Shown piece after piece: positions 53,908 through 63,894 of a stretch of 64,000 bases of DNA. The notes under the pieces are model-generated. The model had not been told where the DNA came from. It searched no databases and saw nothing but the letters and a program-made list of their open reading frames with translations. Numbering within the stretch: position 1 is the first letter of the stretch; every line of letters begins with the position of its first letter. Made by a program: the position numbers and the translations under genes. Origin of the DNA: an uncultured Eubacteriales bacterium (GTDB lineage Bacteria > Acidobacteriota > Aminicenantia > Aminicenantales > Aminicenantaceae); NCBI GenBank assembly GCA_964406575.1, contig CAYOSH010000004.1:68189-132188 (forward strand). Direction: 5' to 3'.

Positions 53908-54288
53908 TTATTCCGAAGTCTGTAGCCCGCTATCGAAGACGAATTTCCAGCTGCCATCAGGCTGTTTTTTCCAGATCGTTACATAGTGGCCATAAGATAC
54001 ACTTTCCTTACCAGAAGCATCTGAGACAGAGCTTTTGTATTTACCGAGTGTATAGCCAAGGTCTGCGGAATCGGAGACCTCTACAAAATAGGATTCCCAT
54101 ACGATTTCTCCCCTGGCCCTTTCAGTTAAAAACTCGAGAATGGCATCCCTCCCTATAATCGGTAGGAAATTGTTCTGGAAAACGCGGGCTTCATCGGACA
54201 TGAAAAGATCGAATGCTCCTGCAAATCCTTTTTCAAAGGACCATTCACGGAACATCCCTACAGAAAATGCTGAAAAAGGATATGCCAT
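53908..54288 (-). CDS. NTF2-like (SnoaL/DUF4440-like) small protein
   Basis: 126 aa. YGHYVTIWKKQPDGSWKFVFD is the typical C-terminal beta-sheet signature of NTF2-like proteins. Confidence 0.55.
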   Translation of the reverse strand: MAYPFSAFSVGMFREWSFEKGFAGAFDLFMSDEARVFQNNFLPIIGRDAILEFLTERARGEIVWESYFVEVSDSADLGYTLGKYKSSVSDASGKESVSYGHYVTIWKKQPDGSWKFVFDSGLQTSE

Positions 54289-54293
54289 CTTGA

Positions 54294-55520
54294 TTATTCT
54301 AATAAGCCGGCGAATGATTTCCAGGATGCGCCATTTTTATTGATAAGCAGAACACCCGCATTTTCGCCGTTCGCAACTGCCGGCCTATCTGTCCGCAGCC
54401 ACCCGCCTGAGTTTAAAAGCGGATAGATTTTGCCATCGACCATTGCCTTAGCAGTCGCCATGTCCTCGTTTTTGATGGGATTGTGTGTGTGGCCGAAAAC
54501 AAAGGTAAAGGGAACGGGGATATCCCTATCCGTAGGAAGGTCAAAATCTTTGGCTTTGTCCTTTTGATAGCGTGGGATGATGTATCGACTGATATAATCC
54601 TCGATGCTTTTGATCAGCATATCGTTGAGAGTCGATCTGTACAATCCGCTGTTCTCTGACCATGAGATCTTTTTGATCTTCCGCATCAAGAAATGCTTCA
54701 AAATCCATCCGCTCAGCCAGCTGAGGTAACCTTTTTGCCTTAACTGTCGAAAAATCTCATCGATCATGCTTTCCATCTCAGGGTTGTCTTTAAGGTTCCA
54801 TCTATGAAAAGTCTCCAAAAATTTTCTGACAAAACTGGAGAGTCTTCCCGCATGTCCCATATGGTAATCGAAGGATTCCAGCCAGAAGTTATTGAACGCT
54901 TCCAACTCTTCGAGATGTGCGGGCTGAATAATGGCATTCACGGGCCTGAACAGATCCTCCAGAAAGTGCCCATGGGTGAAGAGATAATGCGCATCAGTCC
55001 CTTCGTCTGAGGGAACGGTCACAAAATGATGGGGATACTTGACAACGATCTCAGGCATGGGTTTTTCGTCCGGCCACACTTCACTGAGCACTATGGGAGG
55101 GATCAGATCTTCATCGGCTGTCGAAAATCGCATGTCCACAAAACATCTGGTGTATTCATGATGGCTGGGAGGAGCGAGGTTTCGCCGGAGCCGTTCGTTT
55201 ATACAGACCTCCTCGCCCAGCTCTCTCCAGAAGTGATGGTCATGATTTCCAGGGACAAAAATGATCCGGTTGTAAGGGCCTATTTCAGAGATAATGGAGA
55301 AGAATTCCTTCGCATCAAGGAAGACTTCATCCAAAGATCCCACTGCCTGCTCAAGGAAATCACCGAGGATGATGAACTCGTCTTGGGGCCCGAGCTCTGA
55401 AAGAAAAACCTGCAGAGCCTGGCTGTTTTTTTTGAATCGCTCGTCTTTGGAGTACAGATAGCTCGATTCTCGTCCCAGATGCAGGTCGGAGAGAATAATG
55501 GCGCTCTCAATCCGGCTCAT
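54294..55520 (-). CDS. Calcineurin-like metallophosphoesterase
   Basis: ILSDLHLG, ILGDFLE, VPGNHDHHF, FTHGH and FGHTHNP are the canonical MPE motif series. Confidence 0.75.
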   Translation of the reverse strand: MSRIESAIILSDLHLGRESSYLYSKDERFKKNSQALQVFLSELGPQDEFIILGDFLEQAVGSLDEVFLDAKEFFSIISEIGPYNRIIFVPGNHDHHFWRELGEEVCINERLRRNLAPPSHHEYTRCFVDMRFSTADEDLIPPIVLSEVWPDEKPMPEIVVKYPHHFVTVPSDEGTDAHYLFTHGHFLEDLFRPVNAIIQPAHLEELEAFNNFWLESFDYHMGHAGRLSSFVRKFLETFHRWNLKDNPEMESMIDEIFRQLRQKGYLSWLSGWILKHFLMRKIKKISWSENSGLYRSTLNDMLIKSIEDYISRYIIPRYQKDKAKDFDLPTDRDIPVPFTFVFGHTHNPIKNEDMATAKAMVDGKIYPLLNSGGWLRTDRPAVANGENAGVLLINKNGASWKSFAGLLE

Positions 55521-55669
55521 CTCTTTCCCTTATTTCTTTAACATATATATGCTTTATGGCCAAAGTCGTCAAGACCAACACAAAAATCGTATTTTTTACG
55601 CTTTACGGACTCGTTTAAAGCCCCTATAATGAGAGACTTCATCTAGGAGAGAGTCGAGGAGTCAAACAG

Positions 55670-56326
55670 ATGTTCAGCAAGGTCAAAATAGTTCCTATTG
55701 TCATCATCCTCATTTTTTGCTTGAGTTGCTCTCCAGCTGTACAAGAAGACAACATCCGGTGGGTGACGTTTGATGACATCGTGATCAGCCTACAAAACCA
55801 ACCTGCGATGAATGTGGGTTTTGACATAGACGACACCGTTCTCTTTTCAAGCCCGGCATATTACTATGGACAGCAGAAGTATTCGCCGGGAAGCCAGGAA
55901 TTTTTGTCCGATCCAGAGTTTCAAAAAGAATTAAACAACGGACTCGACAAATTCAGTATCCCCAAGGAGATCGCAAAAAAACTCATCGCATTTCACAAAA
56001 ACCGCGGCGACAACTTATTCTTTATTACAGGAAGAGATCCGACAGAGACAGAGACGCTGACTGAATTACTGGCACAGATTTTCGACCTGGAAAATCCCAA
56101 TCCCGTGATATTTTGTGGAGCAAATCCCGGAGAAAATCCAAAAATCAGGCCTCTCCAGGAGAACAATATTCAGATTTATTACGGGGATTCTGACGGGGAT
56201 ATTCTCGCCGCACAATCCCTGCGCATTCGGGCCATAAGGATCATCCGTGCGGACAACTCCACACACAAGCCCTTACCAGAAATCGGGAGGCTCGGGGAAG
56301 AGGTCTTGGTGGATTCGCAGTATTGA
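55670..56326 (+). CDS. aphA: Class B acid phosphatase (AphA-like, HAD superfamily), lipoprotein-type signal
   Basis: VGFDIDDTVLFSSP, FFITGRDPTETETLTELLAQIF, NPVIFCGANPGENPK and IYYGDSDGDILAAQSLRIRAIRIIRA align closely with E. coli AphA. Confidence 0.85.
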   Translation: MFSKVKIVPIVIILIFCLSCSPAVQEDNIRWVTFDDIVISLQNQPAMNVGFDIDDTVLFSSPAYYYGQQKYSPGSQEFLSDPEFQKELNNGLDKFSIPKEIAKKLIAFHKNRGDNLFFITGRDPTETETLTELLAQIFDLENPNPVIFCGANPGENPKIRPLQENNIQIYYGDSDGDILAAQSLRIRAIRIIRADNSTHKPLPEIGRLGEEVLVDSQY

Positions 56327-56400
56327 ATAGAATCACTCCCAAATCCGTGATCACATAAACACAAGTTGCGTTAATAGGTGTCCTAATTGTGTGGCGGAGA
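56327..56400 (-). repeat. Intergenic repeat, type 1 (copy D, reverse orientation)
   Basis: Reverse complement CCGCCACACAATTAGGACACCTATTAACGCAACTTGTGTTTATGTGATCACGGATTTGGGAGTG. Lies between the convergent aphA and 5'-nucleotidase genes. Confidence 0.65.
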
Positions 56401-56441
56401 AAACCGTGTGAAGGGCTGGACGGGCATGGGACATCATTATT

Positions 56442-57992
56442 CTATTTGATGATTTGTATTCGTTCTTCGATCTTACACTTGAGCACTTCATGCTGCTCGA
56501 GCCATTCCACGAGCACTTGATTCAGGGGAAAACCCGTATCTCTTGAGTTAGAAACTGAAAAGTTAAAGTATTTATCTTTGGCCTGCCCAACAACATAGTC
56601 GTTGCTCACGACTGTGAAGATTTTATTGGGAGGGAGAACTTCGCCTTTATTGACGAGTACCTCACCATTCACTTCCACATGATTCACCCTTTGCCCTAAG
56701 GGTTTGGCCTCTTTCGGATAATATCTATACTTTAGGCCGGAGATCTGCAGCCTGTCCCATCCTCTCTCCACATCATGCTCCAGAACTTCTTTGATTTGCT
56801 GGCTGGTCAATTCAAACATTACAAGAACATTATTGAAGGGTGATACCTCGTATATATCCCCTGTTGTTATAGGGCCGGCTGCGATGTCGGCCCGGATCCC
56901 GCCGCTGTTCTGGAACGCGATCTGAGCTCCGGTCTTCCACCGCATGACGTCCGTGATCCAATTCCCTAGAACATTTTCCACCGGACAAGGATCACGCGTC
57001 TGATCAAACTCACAGACACCGATAACACGGGAGTATTCATCTTTGATGGACTTCTGGACATCTTTAACCAGCGCGCTCACTTCAGGAGAAGGATTTAATG
57101 CGACATCCGCCCAAAGCCATATGAGGCCTTCTTCGTAATCAATGATTCTGTCGTTTTGGATCGTGATCTTCAATGATCCCAGTGCCCTTTGGTATCCTGG
57201 AGTCGATTTGAGTAAAACCCCATTGATCTCTTCGAATTTAAAGCTGTCATCTCCGAGTAAAACCACGTCGACTCCTTCCACTCCCTCCGCGATCTGCTTC
57301 CCTGCATCATACTTGGCTTGGGCAAGAACGATCACCAGATCCGTCTTCTTGTCCAGTTGAGGAACATAAGCGTTGAGAGTGGGGACGATGGGCAAGACTT
57401 CGAGTCCCACAGTGTGTTTTCTGTCCACTTCTATCAGGAACGTCTCTTCCATTACACCGATTATGCCAATTTTTAAACCTGCTTTCTCCAAGATCACAAA
57501 GGGCTTTTCGGCAAAAAGCTGGCCATTTTCTTTATACACGATATTCGCCAGTACCGTGGGAAAGGAGGCCAATTGTTCCAAACCCTTGACATTTTCTTGC
57601 CCTTTATCAAAGGCATGGTTTCCAAAACACCAGGCGTCGTAGCCCAGCAGGTTCATGAATTCCATCATGACACCGCCCATGACACCCTTGTATTCCAGTT
57701 GTGCCGCAAGAGTGCCGGTCATGACATCGCCCGCATCCATGAGAAGAGTTGTTTTGGAGGATTTTCTGATTTCATTCAGGTAATGGCTGACTGCCTCCAT
57801 TCCTCCAACAGGTCTTTGTTCATCGTTGAGTCTGTACCTGTGCGGCAGAAATGTTCCGTGTATATCGTTGGAGTGCAATAAATGGAGTGTCACTGGGCTT
57901 GAAGATCTGGAGCGACATGCGATGGGTGAAAAAATAAGGATGAATAAAAAACAGAGAGTGCTGAAAAAATGTTTGTTATTATGAAATCGCAT
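56442..57992 (-). CDS. Secreted bifunctional metallophosphatase/5'-nucleotidase (UshA-like)
   Basis: Signal peptide. LHSNDIHG and GNHAFD metal motifs. C-terminal 5'-nucleotidase substrate-binding domain. Confidence 0.85.
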   Translation of the reverse strand: MRFHNNKHFFSTLCFLFILIFSPIACRSRSSSPVTLHLLHSNDIHGTFLPHRYRLNDEQRPVGGMEAVSHYLNEIRKSSKTTLLMDAGDVMTGTLAAQLEYKGVMGGVMMEFMNLLGYDAWCFGNHAFDKGQENVKGLEQLASFPTVLANIVYKENGQLFAEKPFVILEKAGLKIGIIGVMEETFLIEVDRKHTVGLEVLPIVPTLNAYVPQLDKKTDLVIVLAQAKYDAGKQIAEGVEGVDVVLLGDDSFKFEEINGVLLKSTPGYQRALGSLKITIQNDRIIDYEEGLIWLWADVALNPSPEVSALVKDVQKSIKDEYSRVIGVCEFDQTRDPCPVENVLGNWITDVMRWKTGAQIAFQNSGGIRADIAAGPITTGDIYEVSPFNNVLVMFELTSQQIKEVLEHDVERGWDRLQISGLKYRYYPKEAKPLGQRVNHVEVNGEVLVNKGEVLPPNKIFTVVSNDYVVGQAKDKYFNFSVSNSRDTGFPLNQVLVEWLEQHEVLKCKIEERIQIIK

Positions 57993-58122
57993 AGCCTTCT
58001 ATTAGCCCTCAGATAACGATTTCGAAAAAGAAGCCTCGTTTTTCTGGGCTATATCCTCGCTCTCAGAGAATGCTTATATCAAAGGAATTCAAACTTGTCA
58101 AAAACATTCGGGTAACGCCTTT

Positions 58123-59310
58123 TTATTCGATGATAGAGCTGGCAACAACGTTAGCGACTCTGCTCCGCATGGAAACCACCGAGCCTTCATCATAGGGATG
58201 AACTCTGTTCGTCAAGAAAATGACAAAAGTCTCCGTCTCCGGATCGATCCAGATCGAGGTCCCGGTGTAGCCTGTATGCCCATAAGAATTGGGCCCGAAC
58301 AGATCTCCCCCGTTTGTGGAATAAGAAGAATCGAGGTCCCAACCCAAACCTCTCCCAGCGAAAGGGACTTGTGGGTATACGGATATCATTCGCTCGACAG
58401 CGAGGGGGCTCAGAATTCTTTGGCCCTTAAATTCCCCCTTATTCAACATCATCTGGGCAAAAATGGCCAAGTTTCCCGCTGTTGAAAAAAGCCCCGCATT
58501 ACCGGAAATTCCAGACTGCAATCGTGCCAGAGGATCATGGACAACACCTCTTAAAGGCTCTCCATCAATAACTTCTGTGGGAACACACAAGGGGCGGAAT
58601 TCCGCGGGAGGCGTAAAAAAGGTGTGCGTCATTTTTAATGGCGAAAAAATATGCTCTGTCGCAAATTCTGCCACTGTCTGGCCCGTGACCTTATGAATGA
58701 TAAATGCAAGGGTTATAAATCCGAGACAACTGTAATGGAAGGCTTCTCCTGGGGGGTCTGACTTCTCCAGCTGGGCAATGTGTCCTACTAAAGTCTCTGT
58801 GGATATTGGATCGCCGTATTTCTGAGCGACTTCAGCGGCATCTGTATATGGGGGTAAGCCAGATGTGTGCGTCAGCAAATGCCAGATACAAGCGTCCTTA
58901 GGCTCTTGACCCTCTTCCCTGAAAGCTGTGAAGTCCGGGACAAAATCTTTGACCTTATCCCACAAGCGGATCTTGCCCTGCTCCACAAGGATCAGTATAG
59001 ATGTGGCCGTGGATACAGGTTTTGTGATCGAGGCAAGGTCAAAAATCATCTCCGTATTCATCGGGCGATGTTCTGGAATCCACTGGCTTTCGCCGAAAGC
59101 TTGGTGGAGGACGATCTTGCCTTTCCTTCCAACCAAGAGCACAGCACCCGGAAAATCTTTGCGCGTGATGGCCTCCTGGATGATGGTTTTCACTCTGTTG
59201 AGGCGTGCTGAGGACATGCCGACTTTCTCCGGTTTAGCCTTTGGAAGCGGATAAGACCAACACAATGCGGCCACAAGAAACATCAACAAAGCGCCTGTGC
59301 CTGCTTTCAT
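58123..59310 (-). CDS. Beta-lactamase-fold serine hydrolase (class C/esterase/DAP-like), secreted
   Basis: S-x-x-K motif FDLASITKPV. A Y-x-N-like region and an H/KTG region (HTGYTG). Start set at MKAGTGALLMFLVAALC. The ORF is open to 59364. Confidence 0.75.
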   Translation of the reverse strand: MKAGTGALLMFLVAALCWSYPLPKAKPEKVGMSSARLNRVKTIIQEAITRKDFPGAVLLVGRKGKIVLHQAFGESQWIPEHRPMNTEMIFDLASITKPVSTATSILILVEQGKIRLWDKVKDFVPDFTAFREEGQEPKDACIWHLLTHTSGLPPYTDAAEVAQKYGDPISTETLVGHIAQLEKSDPPGEAFHYSCLGFITLAFIIHKVTGQTVAEFATEHIFSPLKMTHTFFTPPAEFRPLCVPTEVIDGEPLRGVVHDPLARLQSGISGNAGLFSTAGNLAIFAQMMLNKGEFKGQRILSPLAVERMISVYPQVPFAGRGLGWDLDSSYSTNGGDLFGPNSYGHTGYTGTSIWIDPETETFVIFLTNRVHPYDEGSVVSMRSRVANVVASSIIE

Positions 59311-59450
59311 GAAACTCACCCTTAACATTTTTGATCGATCCATTGCGACCCCCTCACCTTTCATATTAATCCTTATCCGTCATGTTAATCCTGACTCGAT
59401 ATCACCCCTGACCTCAAATCGCCTCTTGTCAAACGATCCGTTGCTCCATA

Positions 59451-60800
59451 CTACGAACTGTAAAGCCGCTCCCGAGAGATCTCCAATGCCAGGTTGAACT
59501 CTCCGGCTAAAACCTGTGAGACAAGAGAAGCGGCAAACTCTCTTGCGGTTTCGATCCCCATGATCCGCAGAGCTTCACGAGCGCTGGGTGAGATCACGCC
59601 CTCTCTCGTGGAAAACACGCCCACTTCAACATTGGGCAGCTCCACCCTGTAGACAACATCGCCGTTTACGAGACCCGCGGATATATTCTGGAAGGAGGAG
59701 ACCAGAGGACTCTGGGGATTGACTTGGGCAGCTTTGTATACAGCTGGAATGATCTCTCCCCCCATTCCGGAATAAAAGGCACAACCCAGATTCTGAGCCC
59801 CCATGGAATCGAGCCTCACAAAAGAAAGAAACTTCTGATGATCAACTTTAAAATATGTTTCAAATTCACCGATCGGGACCCTGATCTCAGCCGAGGCGGA
59901 ACGGCCTCTTTTATTCCTTGGGCTGGGTTTAAGGTCGCCATCATGCCCTTGTGCGATAACACTTAGTTTAAAATCGATACCGGATGTTTTGAGCAGCTCT
60001 TCGATCTCGCTTTTGACGGAGCCAACCGCACGGCTGATATCCCCATGTCCTCGAAAATTCCCGAAGGATGCCACATAATCCACATACAGGATAAAATCCT
60101 GCTGATCGTTCACCAGGTCAAAATCGACGGAGCTCACTCTTCCCTTGAACTCCTTCATCCGATCATTCATTTTCTGTTTCAATTTTTCCTGTTGTCCCTC
60201 GATGAGAAGTATGGCCTCTTTTCGTTCGTCCTCCGATCCGAAGATCAACCCATGGCAGCGGACAGCCCGGGCATATTCCTCCACTTTAACGTCCACACCA
60301 CCATACCTGTTGATGGTAAAACAGCCTCTCGTGACGCCGATAGGGCCTAGTCCCGTCCCATAAACGAGAAGATTGGTGAACGTCTTTTCTATGTCGCCCT
60401 TCACCCGGATAAATCCCGCATAGGAATAGTAAGATTCACACCCACCCACATAACTGGCCACTAAGGGAGCAAGCTGACCCAAAATCTCCATTTTGCTGCC
60501 ACACAGGGGACAAATAAAATAATGATCACCTGCATCCAGCTCCAAAGTCAGGTTATCGGAGTTGCAATGATAACGGACTTTATACGGTTTTTCGGAGATC
60601 CGGATTTGCGAGAATTTTGCTCCCGTTGTCTCTTCGATGAATTTTCTTCGGATTAGAGCAGCCACTTTAAAATTATCAGGGGGAGCAAAACCGTATGCCG
60701 ATACGAGCTCGTCTTCAACTCTCCAAGGAGGGAGTCTAGCGGATTTGAGAGAGTCTACACACTCATTTATGGCATTCGGCGCTTTATCTCCGAGCATCAT
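59451..60800 (-). CDS. HMG-CoA-reductase-fold protein with a non-canonical active site and an inserted Cys-rich segment
   Basis: Aligns to class II HMGR across the N-domain (RLPPWRVED/RLPAFRNLS), the TTEGC region (VTRGCFTI), the DAMGxN loop (DSMGAQN) and the C-terminal helices (LRIMGIETAREFAASLVSQVLAGEFNLALEI).

The ENVIG glutamate is T (FTNLLVYG). The protein ends before the flap carrying the catalytic His.

An insert YHCNSD...FICPLCGSKM, about 45 aa with 3 Cys plus His, sits between the N-domain and the ENVIG-equivalent region. Confidence 0.6.
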   Translation of the reverse strand: MMLGDKAPNAINECVDSLKSARLPPWRVEDELVSAYGFAPPDNFKVAALIRRKFIEETTGAKFSQIRISEKPYKVRYHCNSDNLTLELDAGDHYFICPLCGSKMEILGQLAPLVASYVGGCESYYSYAGFIRVKGDIEKTFTNLLVYGTGLGPIGVTRGCFTINRYGGVDVKVEEYARAVRCHGLIFGSEDERKEAILLIEGQQEKLKQKMNDRMKEFKGRVSSVDFDLVNDQQDFILYVDYVASFGNFRGHGDISRAVGSVKSEIEELLKTSGIDFKLSVIAQGHDGDLKPSPRNKRGRSASAEIRVPIGEFETYFKVDHQKFLSFVRLDSMGAQNLGCAFYSGMGGEIIPAVYKAAQVNPQSPLVSSFQNISAGLVNGDVVYRVELPNVEVGVFSTREGVISPSAREALRIMGIETAREFAASLVSQVLAGEFNLALEISRERLYSS

Positions 60801-61020
60801 TCACAACTTCCTTTTTATGGTAGGGTCGCACGTTTTTTAAAATTCAGCCGGTTAGCCTCAAAAATGAGGTTGGAAATCTCCACACACAACGGACGGCTCA
60901 TGTGGAAATTTATAACAGAGGGGATTTCAGATGTCAAAAAAAACACGACGCTTTGAGCATCTCAAAATCCCAGATGAAGGCGAGATAAATGTTTCCGTTG
61001 GCAATTATGAAATCCGAGAA

Positions 61021-61085
61021 CGGGAGAACGGATCTCATTCGGTCAGTTCGGGGAACTGACCCTACATCGGCCTATTCGGGGTATG
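61021..61085 (+). repeat. Intergenic composite repeat: type-1-like 5' part (GGGAGAACGGATCTCA) plus type-2 hairpin (copy E)
   Basis: GGTCAGTTC-GGG-GAACTGACC, a perfect 9-bp stem with a 3-nt loop, then CCTACATCGGCCTATTCGGGG. Upstream of the HMGR-like gene. Confidence 0.7.
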
Positions 61086-61123
61086 AATCTAGCATTCTTA
61101 TGGTGTAGGTACCGTTTCCCAAA

Positions 61124-61522
61124 CTATTCCTTTTTCTCCATGTTGATTTCGCCGGTATCGCCTTCCTCAGTCTCCCACTGACCTGTCATGTTGTTTCCTG
61201 CAACTTCCAGTGTGATATAGACGGTCATCGAAGAATATCCATCATAAATGGCAAAATTGAAGGTCAGGCTGCCGTCAGTGTACTCAAGGTCTTCACACTC
61301 CACATCCACAAGCATTCCGATAGAATCAGAGATTATTCCCGTGTAGTTGTCCCCGCTCTTCTCGAGAACCAGAGTGAGTTCATCCGTTCCTTGATCGGGA
61401 ACTTCTGTCTCTCCCACCCAAGTGCCGCTGATGTCATCGGCGAGTCCGAGAGACAGAGCGGATGTCCAGGCAAAAACAAAAATAAAGGTGAATACAGCTA
61501 AGACTGAAGTGAATTTTCTCAT
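61124..61522 (-). CDS. Small secreted acidic hypothetical protein
   Basis: Signal peptide MRKFTSVLAVFTFIFVFAWTSALS. Asp/Glu/Thr/Gly-rich beta-rich mature part. No motif recognised. Confidence 0.45.
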   Translation of the reverse strand: MRKFTSVLAVFTFIFVFAWTSALSLGLADDISGTWVGETEVPDQGTDELTLVLEKSGDNYTGIISDSIGMLVDVECEDLEYTDGSLTFNFAIYDGYSSMTVYITLEVAGNNMTGQWETEEGDTGEINMEKKE

Positions 61523-61626
61523 TGAATCTCCCTCCTCATAAATAAAGGTATGTATTTATCATAAGCCAAGGCCACATTTCAAATCATTATACGCAGTTCC
61601 AGATAAAAAAGTTCAATGTTTTGCTC

Positions 61627-62004
61627 TTATTGGATTTTTCGGTGTTTCCAATCACGAAAGTTTGTGAACGCTGAAGCAAAAAGAGCCAGAAAGAGACCCG
61701 CAACTGCAAAAACATCGACCAGTGTTTTATCGACTGCCCGTCCTGTGAGCGAGCGGATGAGAAAAGTCAGATAAGACGCAGGCATATCATAATATCCCAA
61801 GCGCATCCTCACTTGCCAGTGCCAGTCTGTGGAGGGACAATAACCAAAACCATACCATATCCCCAAAAAAAACCAGGAAAAAACGGTCAAGCCCACAACC
61901 GCCAAATTGATCTTTCGTGTCTTTGGCCACACCCAACCGAAGAGGATGAAAAGGATCAACGAAGAATGGAAGATAAAAAAGAAAACATTCAAGAAAACAT
62001 ACAT
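61627..62004 (-). CDS. DUF2784-family small membrane protein
   Basis: Three or four TM helices with the conserved GYCPxTDWHW-type motif (GYCPSTDWHW). Confidence 0.6.
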   Translation of the reverse strand: MYVFLNVFFFIFHSSLILFILFGWVWPKTRKINLAVVGLTVFSWFFLGIWYGFGYCPSTDWHWQVRMRLGYYDMPASYLTFLIRSLTGRAVDKTLVDVFAVAGLFLALFASAFTNFRDWKHRKIQ

Positions 62005-62055
62005 TTTTGAATGGATCAGGCGTTCACTGGCTTTACTTTAATTGAGTTTATCCGA

Positions 62056-63894
62056 TTACCCGGCGCCTCCGCCGCCGCTGCTCGCTCCTCCCCCACCTCC
62101 AGCCGAAGCTCCGCCTCCTGTTCCTGAAGCTGTGCTCATGGAGGACGTCGCTGTCACAACCATCGTTGAGAACGCAGAAGCAAAAGCGTCTGGGCTGAAT
62201 GACCCTGTCCCAGTCCCACGGTAGACATACCAGGGGATATAACGCTGATATTCCTCGGCCGGGATGGCCGCAGCCAACTCCTTAAAGATCTTCTCTCCCA
62301 GGCCCAGAACGACACCGTAAACAAAATATTCGTCGATCCGATGGAGCAGAGAGCCCTTGTCCATCGACCGGTAATGGTATTTCTGCAAATATCTCTTGAG
62401 CGCTTTCCAATGCCGGGCAAGCCTCTCCCCTTCCTGCGTGCGGTGGGGAGTCAAAAAGCAGAGGACAAAGACCGCCACAGAAGCGACTCCCATAACAATG
62501 GCCCAGATTCCGACGAAATAGGCAGCCACACCCGTGAGAATCATCATGATAATCCCGGCTGCCAGGGAATAATACATCCCTTTCAGGCTCTCTTTATTGA
62601 ACCAGTTTCTCTCCTCACCGTGCCTCTTCACAGTCTTTTTCCATTCCCGGAAAAACTTCGTGAACTTGGTTTGCTGCTTTTTGATCTCTTTGAGGTCTAT
62701 GGAGTCTCTGCCTTCGGCCAGATCATCGAAGATAAACCGGAGCAAATCGCCTTCATAATCTTCCAGGCTTTGAGCATGTTCCTGCCGGTGAACCCGGTTC
62801 AATTCCCACACATATAGGGTTTCTGTCTTTGTGCCCCCGAATAACCTTTTTTTCTCCTCATGTTCCTCCCTCAGTTTGATAAAACCACGGCAGGCCAGGT
62901 CCATCATCGTCGAAACCAGAGCTCCTCCATAGATCTCCCGGCTGCTTAAAAGGTATCCTACCAGGGCTGGAGGAATGTTTTCAGGAACATCAGAGACATA
63001 TTTGACCGAGGGCGGTAAAGATGGTCTCTGTCCGTATTTCCTGAAATTTCGCCACGCAAATCCAAGCCCCAGCACACTCAAAACGATCACGATCCACTTG
63101 CCCTGAGCCTGCCTTTTTTCTCTGGTTTTATCTCTCTGTGCCGCCTCTTCCCTCATCCGGTTGGATTCCTCTGCCCAGTGGGCTTCCTCCTGCATTATGC
63201 GGTTGCGCACGCTTCCCGGAAGTCTTTGGGCGTCAGGAAATATTTCGATGGGATACAGAGCACGGATTTCCAGATAAGTACGACTCGGAAGACGCGCACA
63301 CCACGCCGTAATGGATCCGTCCTCTTCGATCCGCGATTCCGCCCACAGCGGCCCATGCAGCCATTCATTGAGCTGCGACTTTGAAATCGGCCTCGGAGGA
63401 CTCACCTGCAATCTAACATCCCGGCTCACCCGATCCCATTCTTGACTTAAGAATTGATAGTAGAGGACCGCCGCATCATCATATGGTGTCACTGCATTCA
63501 ACACGCGGTAATGGAAATCGAATGTCCGGGACTCATCGCGCGCATCAAAAAACCAACGGACTTCTGTCTGACCCGACGGGCTTGTGATGCGATATGTTCC
63601 CGGCCTGCCTGAGTCTGAAAGCTCGTAAAATTTGCCATTCTCCGATACTTTAAAATCCTGAAATGTAACCCGACCTTGAGCCGACAAGGTCCTGAAGATA
63701 TAGCTGAACGATCCGGAGAACTCGAAGGTGCGGGATTCTTTGACCTCCATGCTTCCATCCGGCCGCAACTGGGCATCGATGGAGACACCGGTGATTCTAT
63801 AAGATTTTGCGGCATGCGCACTGCGCACCCCAAAAAACGCGATCAGCACGCAAATGCAAACCGTGGAGAATTTTTGTAGGCATCTTTGGGTCAT
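62056..63894 (-). CDS. DUF2207-family membrane protein with Gly/Ser-rich C-terminal tail
   Basis: Signal peptide. Extracytoplasmic domain of about 230 aa. TM helices. C-terminus SGTGGGASAGGGGGASSGGGGAG. This architecture is typical of DUF2207. Confidence 0.6.
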   Translation of the reverse strand: MTQRCLQKFSTVCICVLIAFFGVRSAHAAKSYRITGVSIDAQLRPDGSMEVKESRTFEFSGSFSYIFRTLSAQGRVTFQDFKVSENGKFYELSDSGRPGTYRITSPSGQTEVRWFFDARDESRTFDFHYRVLNAVTPYDDAAVLYYQFLSQEWDRVSRDVRLQVSPPRPISKSQLNEWLHGPLWAESRIEEDGSITAWCARLPSRTYLEIRALYPIEIFPDAQRLPGSVRNRIMQEEAHWAEESNRMREEAAQRDKTREKRQAQGKWIVIVLSVLGLGFAWRNFRKYGQRPSLPPSVKYVSDVPENIPPALVGYLLSSREIYGGALVSTMMDLACRGFIKLREEHEEKKRLFGGTKTETLYVWELNRVHRQEHAQSLEDYEGDLLRFIFDDLAEGRDSIDLKEIKKQQTKFTKFFREWKKTVKRHGEERNWFNKESLKGMYYSLAAGIIMMILTGVAAYFVGIWAIVMGVASVAVFVLCFLTPHRTQEGERLARHWKALKRYLQKYHYRSMDKGSLLHRIDEYFVYGVVLGLGEKIFKELAAAIPAEEYQRYIPWYVYRGTGTGSFSPDAFASAFSTMVVTATSSMSTASGTGGGASAGGGGGASSGGGGAG

